A program made the position numbers and the translations under genes. Of a stretch of 36,406 nt of DNA, positions 1 to 9,436 are shown piece after piece. How positions within the stretch are numbered: position 1 is the first letter of the stretch; every line of letters begins with the position of its first letter. The stretch is taken from contig JBMNOT010000001.1 in NCBI GenBank assembly GCA_050943225.1, forward strand, positions 1 to 36,406. The letters run 5' to 3'. Below the pieces are notes generated by a model. That model searched no databases, was not told the DNA's origin, and saw nothing but the letters and a program-made list of their open reading frames with translations. This stretch comes from Christensenellales bacterium. GTDB lineage: Bacteria; Bacillota; Clostridia; Christensenellales; SZUA-584.

Positions 1-171
1 AAACAATAAAAGGGTGCCGTCAACAGCGACCGTATCGGTATCCGGATTGATATCCACACCGACCGTGTCCACTACCCTACCGTTGACAGTCACCCTTTCC
101 TGCACGATGAGCGCGTCCGCTCCTCGCCGCGACGCCACACCGCAAGATGCTATGTATTTGTTCAGCCTCAT
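1..171 (-). CDS. rluB: rRNA pseudouridine synthase (RsuA/RluB family), N-terminal S4 domain only; the gene runs off the left edge
   Basis: Minus-strand translation from ATG at 171 gives MRLNKYIASCGVASRRGADALIVQERVTVNGRVVDTVGVDINPDTDTVAVDGTLLLF. This is the canonical S4 RNA-binding N-terminus of this family. It is absent from the ORF track because only 57 codons are present. Confidence 0.75.
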   Translation of the reverse strand, partial: MRLNKYIASCGVASRRGADALIVQERVTVNGRVVDTVGVDINPDTDTVAVDGTLLLF

Positions 172-184
172 GCATCCCCACAGC

Positions 185-1336
185 TTACATGGCGGGAACC
201 CTCCCGTTCAGCCACAGCCCGAGCAGCTTGCTCAGGTTGAACGAATAGGAATTCTCGCCGATATCATACGGGGCGGACAGCGCAACGGACTGTATTCTGT
301 CCTCGCCCAGCCAAAGATCGATACGCCCCACCTGCTGGCCTTTTTTCACAGGCGCAGTCAATGTCTCTTCGATATATACCCGCTTTTTAAGATTGGTGGC
401 TTCCTCCTGCGTCAGCGGAAAATACACGTCCTTTTCGGTGTACACAGGGAAGCTCTTCTCCATGCCATCCCTTACCGCTATTTCGCCGATTTTCTCGCCG
501 GCTTTTACGACAAGGCTGTTGTCGTAGTTTTCAAAGCCGTAGTCCATCAGCGCCATGCAATCGTTAAACATATCCGGAGCGCACAGTACCACGGATACCA
601 ATTGCATCCCTTCGCGCTCTGCAGCTGCCGCAAGACAGCGCCCCGCCTCTTTGGTAAACCCGGTCTTGATGCCGTTGCCGCCTTCGTAGTTCCACAGTAT
701 TTTGTTCTTGTTCTTCACCACGCGGTCCCATTCGTGGCCTTCCCAGGGCAGCGTCTTGTACTGTGTTTTCACGATCTCGCGGAACGTTTTATTCTGCATC
801 GCATAGGCGGACATCAGCGCCAGATCATAAGCCGTGGTGTAATGGTTATCTGCCGGCAGGCCGTTTGGATTGACAAAATGCGTGTTGTACGCGCCAATCT
901 CTCGCGCCTTGTCGTTCATCATGCCGACAAAAGTTTCCACATCGCCGCCTATATGCTCCGCGATGGCGATGGCTGCGTCGTTGCCGGATGCCAGCATCAG
1001 CCCGAACAGCAAGTCGGACAATGTCATGGTCTCGCCCGGCGACAGCCATATGGACGAGCCCTCCACGCCGCTCGCGTTGGCGCTGACCGTGACCATATCG
1101 CTGAGGTTGCCGTTCTCGATTGCCACCAGCGCTGTCATGATCTTGGTCGTGGAAGCCATCGGCATCTTCTCAAAAGCGTTCTTCTGGTACAGCACGCGCC
1201 CAGTTGACGCTTCCATTACCACGGCGGATTTGGCTGATACCGAAATTTCCACAGCCCTGACCGCACTCACATTATACGAAAATATGAGCGCAAAGGCCAG
1301 CACTGTTTGAGAAATTTTTCGTAATACCCGCCTCAA
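185..1336 (-). CDS. dacB: D-alanyl-D-alanine carboxypeptidase (serine type, PBP5/S11 family) with signal peptide
   Basis: All three penicillin-binding motifs are present: SxxK (ASTTKIMTA), SxN (ASGNDAA), KTG (IKTGFT). The N-terminus is hydrophobic. Synteny with scpAB matches B. subtilis dacB. Confidence 0.9.
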   Translation of the reverse strand: MRRVLRKISQTVLAFALIFSYNVSAVRAVEISVSAKSAVVMEASTGRVLYQKNAFEKMPMASTTKIMTALVAIENGNLSDMVTVSANASGVEGSSIWLSPGETMTLSDLLFGLMLASGNDAAIAIAEHIGGDVETFVGMMNDKAREIGAYNTHFVNPNGLPADNHYTTAYDLALMSAYAMQNKTFREIVKTQYKTLPWEGHEWDRVVKNKNKILWNYEGGNGIKTGFTKEAGRCLAAAAEREGMQLVSVVLCAPDMFNDCMALMDYGFENYDNSLVVKAGEKIGEIAVRDGMEKSFPVYTEKDVYFPLTQEEATNLKKRVYIEETLTAPVKKGQQVGRIDLWLGEDRIQSVALSAPYDIGENSYSFNLSKLLGLWLNGRVPAM

Positions 1337-1339
1337 AGG

Positions 1340-1762
1340 TTATTCCACCCCTTTTTCCCGGCATCGCCGGAATGCGTCCTTTATCTCCATGATGAAATCC
1401 GGCACCGCGTCCAGCAGGTGTTCCACCAGCGTACGGCCCGATACCGGCATCAGTTCGATGTTGTTTTCATCCACCACAAGGAAACCGACAGGGTTGATGG
1501 ATACGCCGGAGGCCGCGCCTCCTGCAAACGGATGCGGCTGGTTCGGGGCGTTGTCCTGCTGCCCTCCGCCTCCTGCCTTCGCATTTTCGCCGTATTCACC
1601 ACCGCCTGCCACAAATCCGAACGACACCCTAGTGATCGGAATGATTGTAGCACCGTCGGTGGATATAACAGGATCGCCTACGATCGTATTGACGTCCACC
1701 ATCTCCTTGATTTCGCTCATCGCGGTCTGCATGATATTCTCTATAGGATGCATATTGGTCAC
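1340..1762 (-). CDS. ytfJ: Sporulation protein YtfJ (GerW family)
   Basis: 140 aa. IVGDPVISTDGATIIPITRVSFGFVAGGGEYG followed by a Gly-rich segment is typical of YtfJ/GerW. Only 3 nt separate it from dacB. Confidence 0.8.
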   Translation of the reverse strand: MTNMHPIENIMQTAMSEIKEMVDVNTIVGDPVISTDGATIIPITRVSFGFVAGGGEYGENAKAGGGGQQDNAPNQPHPFAGGAASGVSINPVGFLVVDENNIELMPVSGRTLVEHLLDAVPDFIMEIKDAFRRCREKGVE

Positions 1763-2346
1763 CGTCCTTTGCTCATTTTGTATATCGCATAACCAATAAT
1801 AATATTTGCCAGGGACAGGGTGATTATGCAGTCTGTGTACAGCGAAAATGAGCGCTTTGAAAACACCGGGCGGACGCTGATGCTGATATGATGCCTTTTA
1901 TCTTTCACACTGGTCATGAGAGTGCCGGCAGCAGCCTGAAGCGTGCCGCACAGCATTGCTGTGGCAAAGGCGTCGTCCAGGCCGATTTCCAGCTTAAAGC
2001 GCAGCTCATAGGCAGATTTTTTGTTGATAAATGCGAACAGCCTGCCGCGCGCTTTCTCGTTGGTTTTACGCTTCCTTCTCTTCTCCTGCGCTGTTTTGAT
2101 AAAGTCAAACAGCGAAAAAACGCGTTTGGGCTGGGGCTTGTCGACGCAATAGAGCGTGAAAATTTCACCTTTCTCGCGCCGCACCTCATATTTGCGGTGA
2201 ATCAAAGCAATGCCCAGCACCCGTATGATGAGCTGGACTTGTTTGTCATGCCCTTTGATAAGAAAATCTATTTTAAGCAGCAGTACTGCCAGCACCAAAA
2301 GTATGATGGCCGCTGCGATCAGTAAAGGTGGCAATAATAAAAACAA
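1759..2346 (-). CDS. ytfI: DUF2953/YtfI-like sporulation membrane protein
   Basis: 195 aa with an N-terminal TM helix and a basic KRRKRK segment. Its stop overlaps the ytfJ start by 4 nt. The apparent start is TTG. Family assignment is from memory of the ytfI-ytfJ pair. Confidence 0.6.
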   Translation of the reverse strand: MFLLLPPLLIAAAIILLVLAVLLLKIDFLIKGHDKQVQLIIRVLGIALIHRKYEVRREKGEIFTLYCVDKPQPKRVFSLFDFIKTAQEKRRKRKTNEKARGRLFAFINKKSAYELRFKLEIGLDDAFATAMLCGTLQAAAGTLMTSVKDKRHHISISVRPVFSKRSFSLYTDCIITLSLANIIIGYAIYKMSKGR

Positions 2347-2402
2347 CGCCTTTCTCGTTTTGATCAGACGTTGTTATTATTATCTTATTTCTGGAAAACA
2401 AT

Positions 2403-2921
2403 TCATGCTTCGCTGATATTGAGCGGTGGCAGCTCGTCCAGAGATTGCAGCCCGAAATGTCGCAGGAAATCGTCGCTTGTGACGTACAGCATGGGGTTGC
2501 CCAACGTTTTTTTGCGCCCGGCCCGCTGAATCAGCCCTTTTTCAAGCAGCGCCGCTATGGAATAGCTGCTTTTTACCCCGCGTATCTGCTCTATCTCAAA
2601 GCGGGTGGTGGGCTGTTTGTAAGCGATAATGGCGAGCGTCTCCAGCATCGACTGGGACAGACGCGTTTTTTTGACGGGGGCCAGCACTTTCTCGATATAA
2701 GGCGCGTACTCAGGGTTTGTGCTCATCTGAAGCTTGCTACCCACCTTTATAATTTGCAGGCCTGAACGCTCCTGCAGCCGCTTTTCCATCATGCGCGTGA
2801 CGATATCGTCCAGCTGTTCCGTTTCAATCTCCAGAGCTGCCGCGATATCCGCCGCCTCCACGGCATCTCCCGCCATAAACAGTATGCTCTCCAGCGCGCC
2901 GACGATGATATCCTCGTTCAA
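2403..2921 (-). CDS. scpB: Segregation and condensation protein B
   Basis: 172 aa. LESILFMAGD...LSQSMLETLAIIAYKQPTTRFEIEQIRGV...LLEKGLI matches the ScpB tandem winged-helix signature. It overlaps the scpA stop by 4 nt. Confidence 0.9.
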   Translation of the reverse strand: MNEDIIVGALESILFMAGDAVEAADIAAALEIETEQLDDIVTRMMEKRLQERSGLQIIKVGSKLQMSTNPEYAPYIEKVLAPVKKTRLSQSMLETLAIIAYKQPTTRFEIEQIRGVKSSYSIAALLEKGLIQRAGRKKTLGNPMLYVTSDDFLRHFGLQSLDELPPLNISEA

Positions 2922-3661
2922 CCTGCAGCCTCCTCTGTCCTCTTGGAAATAAAGATCTCTTCAAAGCACCCGTCCTGCTGGATGGAGATAAGATTCCTGT
3001 GCAGCATATTGAGCAACGCTACAAACGTGACGGCCACTTCCAGACGGCTGCGCGCTTCGGAGAACAGCTTACTAAAGGTGGTCATCCCGTACTGGTTCAA
3101 CATGCGCATGATATTCCGCGCGCGTTCCCGAATAGTGTAGGTATCCTTGCGAATCTCCACCTCCTCGATGCGCTCTATCTCGGCGTCCGGCTGTCGGGAG
3201 ATCACCTCTAAATAGGCAGCGCATAAGCCGTCCAGCGTCATCTGCTCAAGCAGCAGCTTTTCTCCCGGGAAACCGATCTCTTCGGGCAGTTTGAAGTAAA
3301 CGCGCTCCGCCCTGGTTTCATAGCCTTTGAGCGCCTCTGCAGCCTCCTTATAAACTTTATACGTCTTCAGGCGCTGGATCAGCTCCTGCTCAGGGTCTTC
3401 CTCCTCTTCCTCTAGCTGCTCCGACGGCAGCATCATGCGCGACTTGATATACAAAAGCGTCGCCGCCATCTCCAGAAACTCGCTGGCGCTTTCCATCGAC
3501 AGCTCATCCATGGACGAAACGTATTCAAGGTACTGCCCGGTGACCTCCGAAACAAAGATATCCTCAATATTGATGCGCGCTCGCCCCACCAGGTGCAGCA
3601 GCAGGTCCAGCGGGCCTTCGAACTGTTCAATTCTGACCTTGTAATCGCCATCCACAATCAT
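2918..3661 (-). CDS. scpA: Segregation and condensation protein A (kleisin)
   Basis: 247 aa. The N-terminal FEGPLDLLLHLV motif and C-terminal VTFVALLNM are typical ScpA. Confidence 0.9.
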   Translation of the reverse strand: MIVDGDYKVRIEQFEGPLDLLLHLVGRARINIEDIFVSEVTGQYLEYVSSMDELSMESASEFLEMAATLLYIKSRMMLPSEQLEEEEEDPEQELIQRLKTYKVYKEAAEALKGYETRAERVYFKLPEEIGFPGEKLLLEQMTLDGLCAAYLEVISRQPDAEIERIEEVEIRKDTYTIRERARNIMRMLNQYGMTTFSKLFSEARSRLEVAVTFVALLNMLHRNLISIQQDGCFEEIFISKRTEEAAG

Positions 3662-4338
3662 CAGATAAACAACCCGAAAAACATTGAATAGAGATACAGT
3701 ATCCCGTTAGTGACGTAGAATAACAGGGAGCTGAGCATCCGCGTAAACACCAGTATTAACAGCAGAAACTGGCCGTAACGCATGTAATACATATAAAACC
3801 GAGGGCTCTTGCGTGCAATAAAACCTTTGACGAGGTGATGGCCGTCCAGCGGCGGAATGGGAATAAGGTTGAACACGCAGAGTACTATGTTCATCATAAC
3901 GATATAAAAGAGTATTGTGCTGATAATCTGGCTGGTGACGCCGAAGACATAAACCACTAAAAACCATATTATGTAGAAAACAAACGACAGAATCAGATTC
4001 GTTGTCACGCCGGCTAAAGCAACCAGTATGTTGGCCTTCTTGTAATGGTAATAATTGCGCGGATTGGTGGGTACGGGCTTGGCCCAGCCGAAGCCGATTA
4101 TCAAAAATGCTATTATGCCGACGAGGTCGATATGCTTAGTGGGATCCAGCGTCATCCGCCCGAGATTTTTGGCCGTCGGGTCGCCCATCCTGTTGGCCAT
4201 CCAGGCATGCGCCGCCTCATGGAAAGACAGGGCAATCACAAAGGCGGGCAGCAAATACAATATCATTAAAAGATATTCGGTAATTTGGCCGCTCATCAAA
4301 AGGCCTAACGGCGTATTCTGCAGAAAATTAGAGAACAT
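3661..4338 (-). CDS. Site-2 protease family (M50) integral-membrane zinc metalloprotease
   Basis: 225 aa and polytopic. It has HExxH (FHEAAHAWMA) and a downstream NLIPIPPLDGHH motif. SD AAGGAG lies 6 nt upstream of the ATG at 4338. Confidence 0.85.
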   Translation of the reverse strand: MFSNFLQNTPLGLLMSGQITEYLLMILYLLPAFVIALSFHEAAHAWMANRMGDPTAKNLGRMTLDPTKHIDLVGIIAFLIIGFGWAKPVPTNPRNYYHYKKANILVALAGVTTNLILSFVFYIIWFLVVYVFGVTSQIISTILFYIVMMNIVLCVFNLIPIPPLDGHHLVKGFIARKSPRFYMYYMRYGQFLLLILVFTRMLSSLLFYVTNGILYLYSMFFGLFI

Positions 4339-4368
4339 TCAACTCTCCTTATGGCTATGTATGTCTCC

Positions 4369-4397
4369 AGTATAAATAGATACAGGCTGCATTTCAA
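4369..4397 (-). promoter_or_regulatory. Putative sigma-A promoter for the M50-scpA-scpB-ytfIJ-dacB-rluB operon
   Basis: The minus strand reads TTGAAA-17 nt-TATACT, about 30 nt upstream of the M50 start and just after the zapA terminator. Confidence 0.45.
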
Positions 4398-4436
4398 TCG
4401 CGCAATGTGTCGAAACTGTAAATATACTTATTTTCC

Positions 4437-4466
4437 ATAAAAAAGCGCACCAAATAAAGCGCGCTT
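4437..4466 (-). terminator. Rho-independent terminator after zapA
   Basis: Minus-strand RNA is AAGCGCGC-uuuauuug-GUGCGCUU followed by a U run. One G-U pair forms only in the minus-strand transcript. It lies 22 nt after the zapA stop. Confidence 0.6.
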
Positions 4467-4488
4467 TACATCAGATTGATATGTACCC

Positions 4489-4845
4489 TCACTTTAAGCT
4501 GTCAAAAATCTGGTGCCGCTCTTTGCTCAGATTCGAAACATTGCCACGAAGGCTGTCCCGATCGGCAGAATAACTGCTCCGAACCCTCTTTAGCTCCTCG
4601 CTGAGCACCTGATACTCCCGGGTAAGGGCTTCCATCTGGTCCTGCAGCTTCAAAAGGTCGTCCGCCACGTTGAGCGCCGTCAACACTGCCAGCGTACTGG
4701 GGTTTAGATTGACATACTGGTTTTTGAGCTCCGACATCTTCCGGTCGACATAGATGGCCACACGGTGGATATACTCTTCGCTCTCGAACCCGGCCATCGT
4801 ATATTCCTTGCCGCATATCTTGACCACTGTCCGCGTCTTGTCCAT
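4489..4845 (-). CDS. zapA: Cell division protein ZapA
   Basis: KTRTVVKICGKEYTMAGFESEEYIHRVAIYVDRKMSEL plus a C-terminal coiled coil matches ZapA. Start chosen at MDKTR (4845). The ORF also extends to ATG 4869, so the start is uncertain. Confidence 0.8.
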   Translation of the reverse strand: MDKTRTVVKICGKEYTMAGFESEEYIHRVAIYVDRKMSELKNQYVNLNPSTLAVLTALNVADDLLKLQDQMEALTREYQVLSEELKRVRSSYSADRDSLRGNVSNLSKERHQIFDSLK

Positions 4846-4880
4846 CACCACAACACCCCAAAACATCATATATTGTATTT

Positions 4881-4909
4881 ATTATATATCAGCATGAAGA
4901 ATATTACAA
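4881..4909 (-). promoter_or_regulatory. Putative sigma-A promoter for zapA
   Basis: The minus strand reads TTGTAA-17 nt-TATAAT, between the pheT stop (4934) and zapA. Confidence 0.45.
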
Positions 4910-4933
4910 CAGCCGGGTATACAAAATATTGTA

Positions 4934-7321
4934 TCAATCGCGCAGTTTAGCCCCAAATTGTGCGGCGGCAGCAGCCACAACGGCATCTCGTGCCGCGTTG
5001 GCCTCCTCGTCGAGCAGCGTGCGGTCTTTTGAGCGCAGCACGATGGTATATGCGAGGCTCTTTTTGCCCGCGCCCAGCTTATCCCCCGTATACACGTCGA
5101 ACAGCGCTGCGCTCTCGAAATAGGGCCCTGCGTTTTCGCGTATGCAGTCCAGCAGCGCGCCCGCGGGCACATCTGCGTCCACAATCAGCGCTATATCGCG
5201 CTCCACCTCCGGGAAACGCGGCAGCGGCTTATACTTGACTACATCGCAAGACGCAGCACTCAGCTTTTTGATATCGAGTTCGGCGATATACACGCGTTTG
5301 CCAATATCAAACGCCGCGCATACATCCGGGTGCACTTCGCCCAGTTCGCCCAGTTTTTCACCGCAGGCGTACACCGACGCTTTGCAGCCCGGGTGGTAAT
5401 ATTCCGACGCGTCGGGCATAAAGCGCGTGCTGCGGATGCCGAAAGCGTCCAGCAGGTTTTCCACAACGCCTTTGATCGAGAAGAAATCATGGTCTCCGCA
5501 CAGCGCGATGCAGACGTATTTGCGCTCGTCCGGCAGCGCGCCTTCCTCGCCGGTCGGCAGATAAACGCGGCCCGTCTCAAACAGGCGGATGTCCTTAGCC
5601 TTGCGGTTCAGGTTGCCGGCGACCACTTTCAGCATATCCGGCACCGGCGACGTGCGCATAAGCGCCTGCTCGTCGCCCAGCGGGTTGAGTATCCGCACGA
5701 AACGCAGCCGCCTGTCGTCCGGCGGCAGGTTCAGCTTGGCATAATCCGCCGCGGAAGCGAACGAATACGTGACACATTCATAGCATCCCAGGTGTATCAA
5801 CAGGCGGCGCACCTTATCAGTGCACGCTTCCTCCGCGGAATAGGCGCCGCGGCGAACCGCGCCTGTCATGGGCATGCTGGGAATGTTGTCATAACCGTAC
5901 ATGCGGGCAACTTCTTCCGCGATGTCGTCGCCCATGGAGATATCGCCGCGGAAGCTCGGTATGTCGCAGACCAGAGTGCCGTTCTCCAGCTTCGTGGGGA
6001 TGAACACACTATTCAGATGCTTTGCCATCTCTTCTGCGCTGAGCGACGTGCCCAGCTTGGTATTGATGCGCTTTGCAGACACGCGGACGGTTTTCGGCGC
6101 CAGGTCAGCAGAAACGATGTCGATTTCGCCCGGCACGATTTCGCCCGCGCCCAAAAGCTGCACCAAATGCAGCGCGCGGTCCATCGCCGTCTTGCAGCCC
6201 GCCGCGTCGATGCCTTTGGAAAAGCGCATCGCCGACTCGGTCTGCAGGCCCAGCGCGCGCGATGTGCGCCGAACGCTGCCCTGGCGGAATTTCGCCGACT
6301 CAAATATTACCGTAACTGTATCCGGCTTAATCTCGGAGTTTTCGCCGCCCATCACGCCGGCGATGCCGATCGGGCCCTCGCCGTCGCAGATCAGCAGCAT
6401 ATCCGGCGTGAGCGCGCGCTCCTTGCCGTCAAGCGTGACGATGGTTTCATCCTGACGGGCACGGCGCACAATGATGCGTCCCCCGCGGATATCCTTGTAA
6501 TCAAAAGCGTGCATCGGCTGGCCCATCTCCAGCATCACGAAGTTGGTGATGTCCACGATATTGTTGATGGAGCGCACTCCCGCCGACATTAGGCGGTCGC
6601 GCAGCCACTTGGGCGACGGTCCGATCTTGACGTTCTTCACCGCACGCGCAATATAGCGCTCACAGAGGTCAGCATCCTCCACCGTCACGTTCACATAATC
6701 GCTAATATGGCCGGTTCCTTCGGTAAAACTAGTATCGGGCATCCGGATGCCCTTGCCCAGCGCGGCGGCGCACTCGCGCGCCACGCCCAGCACCGATAGG
6801 CAATCCGGGCGGTTAGCGCCCACCTCGATATCGAACACCGTGTCATTAAGCCCCAGCACTTCGCGCAGCGGCGTGCCGGGCTTATCGTCTCCGTGCAGTA
6901 TCATGATGCCATCCACATCGGCGCCCGGGTAGTCGGAAGCCGTGAGGCCGAGCTCCGCGCCGGAGCACAGCATGCCATATGAATACACGCCGCGCAGCTT
7001 GCTCTTGCTGATTTTGAAACCGCCGGGCAGGTTTGCGCCGATCAGCGCCGTCGGCACCAGCGCGCCCTCAAATATGTTTTTCGCACCGCAGACGATCTGC
7101 AGCTCTTCCTCGCCGACATCCACCTGGCAGATGGAAAGCTTGTCGGCTTCGGGGTGCTTTTTGATGGAAAGTATGCGGCCAACAACAACTTTCTCCAAAG
7201 ACTCGCCCAGTACTTTCCAGCCGTCCACGGCAGTGCCCGTCATAATCAGGCGCTGCGCCAATTCCTCCGGCGCGAGGTCTATATCTACATAATCGCGCAT
7301 CCATTTATAAGGTGCTATCAT
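4934..7321 (-). CDS. pheT: Phenylalanine--tRNA ligase beta subunit
   Basis: 795 aa. It has the N-terminal tRNA-binding (EMAP-like) domain, B3/4 and B5 domains and a C-terminal anticodon-binding domain. It sits immediately downstream of pheS. Confidence 0.95.
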   Translation of the reverse strand: MIAPYKWMRDYVDIDLAPEELAQRLIMTGTAVDGWKVLGESLEKVVVGRILSIKKHPEADKLSICQVDVGEEELQIVCGAKNIFEGALVPTALIGANLPGGFKISKSKLRGVYSYGMLCSGAELGLTASDYPGADVDGIMILHGDDKPGTPLREVLGLNDTVFDIEVGANRPDCLSVLGVARECAAALGKGIRMPDTSFTEGTGHISDYVNVTVEDADLCERYIARAVKNVKIGPSPKWLRDRLMSAGVRSINNIVDITNFVMLEMGQPMHAFDYKDIRGGRIIVRRARQDETIVTLDGKERALTPDMLLICDGEGPIGIAGVMGGENSEIKPDTVTVIFESAKFRQGSVRRTSRALGLQTESAMRFSKGIDAAGCKTAMDRALHLVQLLGAGEIVPGEIDIVSADLAPKTVRVSAKRINTKLGTSLSAEEMAKHLNSVFIPTKLENGTLVCDIPSFRGDISMGDDIAEEVARMYGYDNIPSMPMTGAVRRGAYSAEEACTDKVRRLLIHLGCYECVTYSFASAADYAKLNLPPDDRRLRFVRILNPLGDEQALMRTSPVPDMLKVVAGNLNRKAKDIRLFETGRVYLPTGEEGALPDERKYVCIALCGDHDFFSIKGVVENLLDAFGIRSTRFMPDASEYYHPGCKASVYACGEKLGELGEVHPDVCAAFDIGKRVYIAELDIKKLSAASCDVVKYKPLPRFPEVERDIALIVDADVPAGALLDCIRENAGPYFESAALFDVYTGDKLGAGKKSLAYTIVLRSKDRTLLDEEANAARDAVVAAAAAQFGAKLRD

Positions 7322-7336
7322 AGTCTGTCGTCCCTC

Positions 7337-8368
7337 CTATCTGAACTGGGCCAGGAAACGGATGTCGTTTTCAAACAGCAGCCGGATATCGGTAATGCCG
7401 TATTTGATGTTCGCCAAGCGGTCCAGACCCATGCCGAACGCAAAACCGGAATACTCGTCCGGGTCGATACCGCAGTTGCGCAGCACCTGCGGATGTACCA
7501 TGCCGCAGCCTAAAACCTCGATCATGCCGGTGCCTTTGCACGCCGGGCAGCCCTTTCCGTGGCACTTGGAGCAGGTGGCGTCCACTTCCGCGCTGGGCTC
7601 GGTGAACGGGAAATGGCCGGGCCGGAATTTCGTGACGGTATCTTCGCCGTAGAACTCCTTCAGAAACACATTGAGCGTGTCCTTAAGGTTCGCAAAGGTA
7701 ATGCCCTTGTCTACCACCAGGCCTTCGATCTGGTTGAATATCGGCGAGTGCGTGGCGTCCACATCATCGCTGCGGTATACGCGGCCCGGGCAGATCATGC
7801 GGATGGGCGGCTTTTGCGCCAGCATCGTCCGTATTTGCACCGGCGAAGTATGCGTGCGCAGCACGATATCGTCGTCCGACACGTAGAACGTGTCCTGCGT
7901 GTCGCGCGCCGGATGGTCTTTGGGGATGTTGAGCATCTCAAAGTTGTACTTGTCGTACTCCACCTCTGGGCCATCCATCACGTCGAAGCCCATGCTGACA
8001 AATATATCGCGAATCTCATAGTAGATGCGAGTCAGCGGGTGCAGCCCGCCGATGGGCTGTTTTTTGCCCGGCAGCGTGATGTCCACCTTCTCGGCGATCA
8101 GCCTTGCATCCTTCTCGATGCGCTTAAGCTCGCTGATTTTGCTTTCCAGCGCTGCAGTAATCCTGTCGCGTATCTCGTTGACGCGCTTGCCGAATACCGG
8201 CCGTTCCTGCTCCGGTATATCCTTCATGCCGTGCAGCGCTGCGGTGAGCTCTCCTTTTTTGCCCAGCAGCCTGACGCGAATTACCTCCAGTTCAGACAAT
8301 TCATGGCTGTTTTCAATTTCCAGAAGCGCGCTCTTTTCCAACTCATCCAGCCCAGAAAAAGCGTTCAT
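7337..8368 (-). CDS. pheS: Phenylalanine--tRNA ligase alpha subunit
   Basis: Class II aaRS motifs are present ([38 protein letters not shown]). Start set to ATG 8368, with AGGAG 6 nt upstream. The track ORF begins two codons earlier at a TTG. Confidence 0.95.
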   Translation of the reverse strand: MNAFSGLDELEKSALLEIENSHELSELEVIRVRLLGKKGELTAALHGMKDIPEQERPVFGKRVNEIRDRITAALESKISELKRIEKDARLIAEKVDITLPGKKQPIGGLHPLTRIYYEIRDIFVSMGFDVMDGPEVEYDKYNFEMLNIPKDHPARDTQDTFYVSDDDIVLRTHTSPVQIRTMLAQKPPIRMICPGRVYRSDDVDATHSPIFNQIEGLVVDKGITFANLKDTLNVFLKEFYGEDTVTKFRPGHFPFTEPSAEVDATCSKCHGKGCPACKGTGMIEVLGCGMVHPQVLRNCGIDPDEYSGFAFGMGLDRLANIKYGITDIRLLFENDIRFLAQFR

Positions 8369-8648
8369 CGCCAACTCCTTTCAACACCGGCTCACACCGA
8401 TACTTGTTCCTGTAAATGAAAAGACCTTCGCCATGGGGCGAAAGTCCGCGGTACCACCCAAATTCACCGCATCCGAAAACGGCTACGGCCTTATTCGCTG
8501 TAACGGAGCGCCCCGTCCTTCCCTTTCAGGAAGGCTGCTCTGCCGGCGAAAGTTCGCATATTCACGCGGGCGGACGCTTCCAGCCAAGGCGCCCTTCTCT
8601 TGAGCCCGCAGAGCTGAACGGCTACTGCTCCGGCTTCTTCGCATTATG
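8369..8648 (-). promoter_or_regulatory. T-box riboswitch leader of pheST
   Basis: The minus-strand RNA contains AGUA and AGAGA-type Stem I elements. It has a UUUC tract in the candidate specifier position (UUC at 8548-8550). The conserved T-box sequence AAUUUGGGUGGUACCGCG is at about 8443-8463, followed by a competing terminator. Confidence 0.85.
8412..8446 (-). terminator. Intrinsic terminator of the pheS T-box expression platform
   Basis: Minus-strand RNA is GACUUUCGCC-CCAU-GGCGAAGGUC (10 bp) followed by UUUUCAUUU. Its 5' arm overlaps the T-box/antiterminator sequence. Confidence 0.8.
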
Positions 8649-8654
8649 AAAGGA

Positions 8655-8684
8655 ATTATAGCATAAGCCGCAAAGGCGAATCAA
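8655..8684 (-). promoter_or_regulatory. Putative sigma-A promoter (extended -10) for the pheST leader
   Basis: The minus strand reads TTGATT-18 nt-TATAAT, and the last 3 nt of the spacer (TGC) give an extended -10, TGCTATAAT. The -35 overlaps the stop codon of the upstream methyltransferase gene. Confidence 0.55.
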
Positions 8685-9436
8685 GAGCGTATTTTATATA
8701 TCAGTATTCCCGCCGCCACAGCAGCGTTCAGGCTCTCTGCCTTGCCGTATATCGGTATGCGGACGCGAATATCGCTGAGCGAGAGTATTTCCCGGGAAAT
8801 GCCCCGCGCTTCGTTGCCGATTACCAGGCAGGTTTTTTCCGCGTCCAGCGTAAAATCCGTTCGCCCGCCAAGATCGGCGCAGGCGATTTTATACCCTGCT
8901 GCCAGCAGCTTGCTGAGATATGGCTTTAGCTGCGTACGCAGCACGGGCAGATGGAACAGGCTGCCCATGGAAGCCCGCACCGCTTTGGGCGCATACGGGT
9001 CCGCGCTGCCGTCCGACAGCACCACGCCGCCGCAGCCGGCTGCGTCCGCCGTTCGGATGATGGTGCCCACGTTGGCCGGGTCCTGCACGTCGTCCATCGC
9101 CACGATAAACCCCCGGCTTATCTCCACCGGTTCCGGAAGGGCGGCTACGGCTGCCACAGCCTGCGGCATTTTGGTTTCGCAGATGGCCGCCATCACATGC
9201 GGAGCTACCGTCACAGCGCGCCGTCCCAAAGACTTGGCGCGCGCGGCCCATTCCCCGCCAGCGTCCTCTGTAATAATCAACGTGCGCAACAGCGAAGGCT
9301 GATGGACGAGCAGCTCGCCTACGCATTTGACGCCCTCCACCAGAAAAGCGCCCTGCTGTGTGCGGCCCTTTTTGTCCTTAAGTGTGCGGGCCGTCCGGAC
9401 AAAGCCGTTCTGTACGCTGAGGATAATGCCGCTCAT
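8681..9436 (-). CDS. TrmH/SpoU-family RNA 2'-O-methyltransferase (YsgA-like)
   Basis: The C-terminal SPOUT motifs are present (GNEARGIS, IPIYGKAESLNAAVAAGILIY). Start set to ATG 9436, which overlaps the upstream stop as ATGA. Its position upstream of pheS matches B. subtilis ysgA. Confidence 0.85.
   Translation of the reverse strand: MSGIILSVQNGFVRTARTLKDKKGRTQQGAFLVEGVKCVGELLVHQPSLLRTLIITEDAGGEWAARAKSLGRRAVTVAPHVMAAICETKMPQAVAAVAALPEPVEISRGFIVAMDDVQDPANVGTIIRTADAAGCGGVVLSDGSADPYAPKAVRASMGSLFHLPVLRTQLKPYLSKLLAAGYKIACADLGGRTDFTLDAEKTCLVIGNEARGISREILSLSDIRVRIPIYGKAESLNAAVAAGILIYKIRS

Noticed and set aside
14-1207. A 397-aa plus-strand ORF overlapping dacB and the rluB start.
   Set aside because: It is an antisense shadow of the dacB frame, which carries all three PBP motifs. 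It has no recognisable motifs and spans the gene boundary implausibly.
5330-6592. A 420-aa plus-strand ORF, plus several shorter ones, inside pheT.
   Set aside because: It is antisense to a strongly recognisable pheT frame. Its composition is Arg/Ala/His-rich and low complexity, typical of shadow ORFs in GC-rich coding DNA. It has no SD and no recognisable domain.
7559-8419. A 286-aa plus-strand ORF across pheS and into the T-box leader.
   Set aside because: It is antisense to pheS and runs through the T-box terminator. Its composition is shadow-like.
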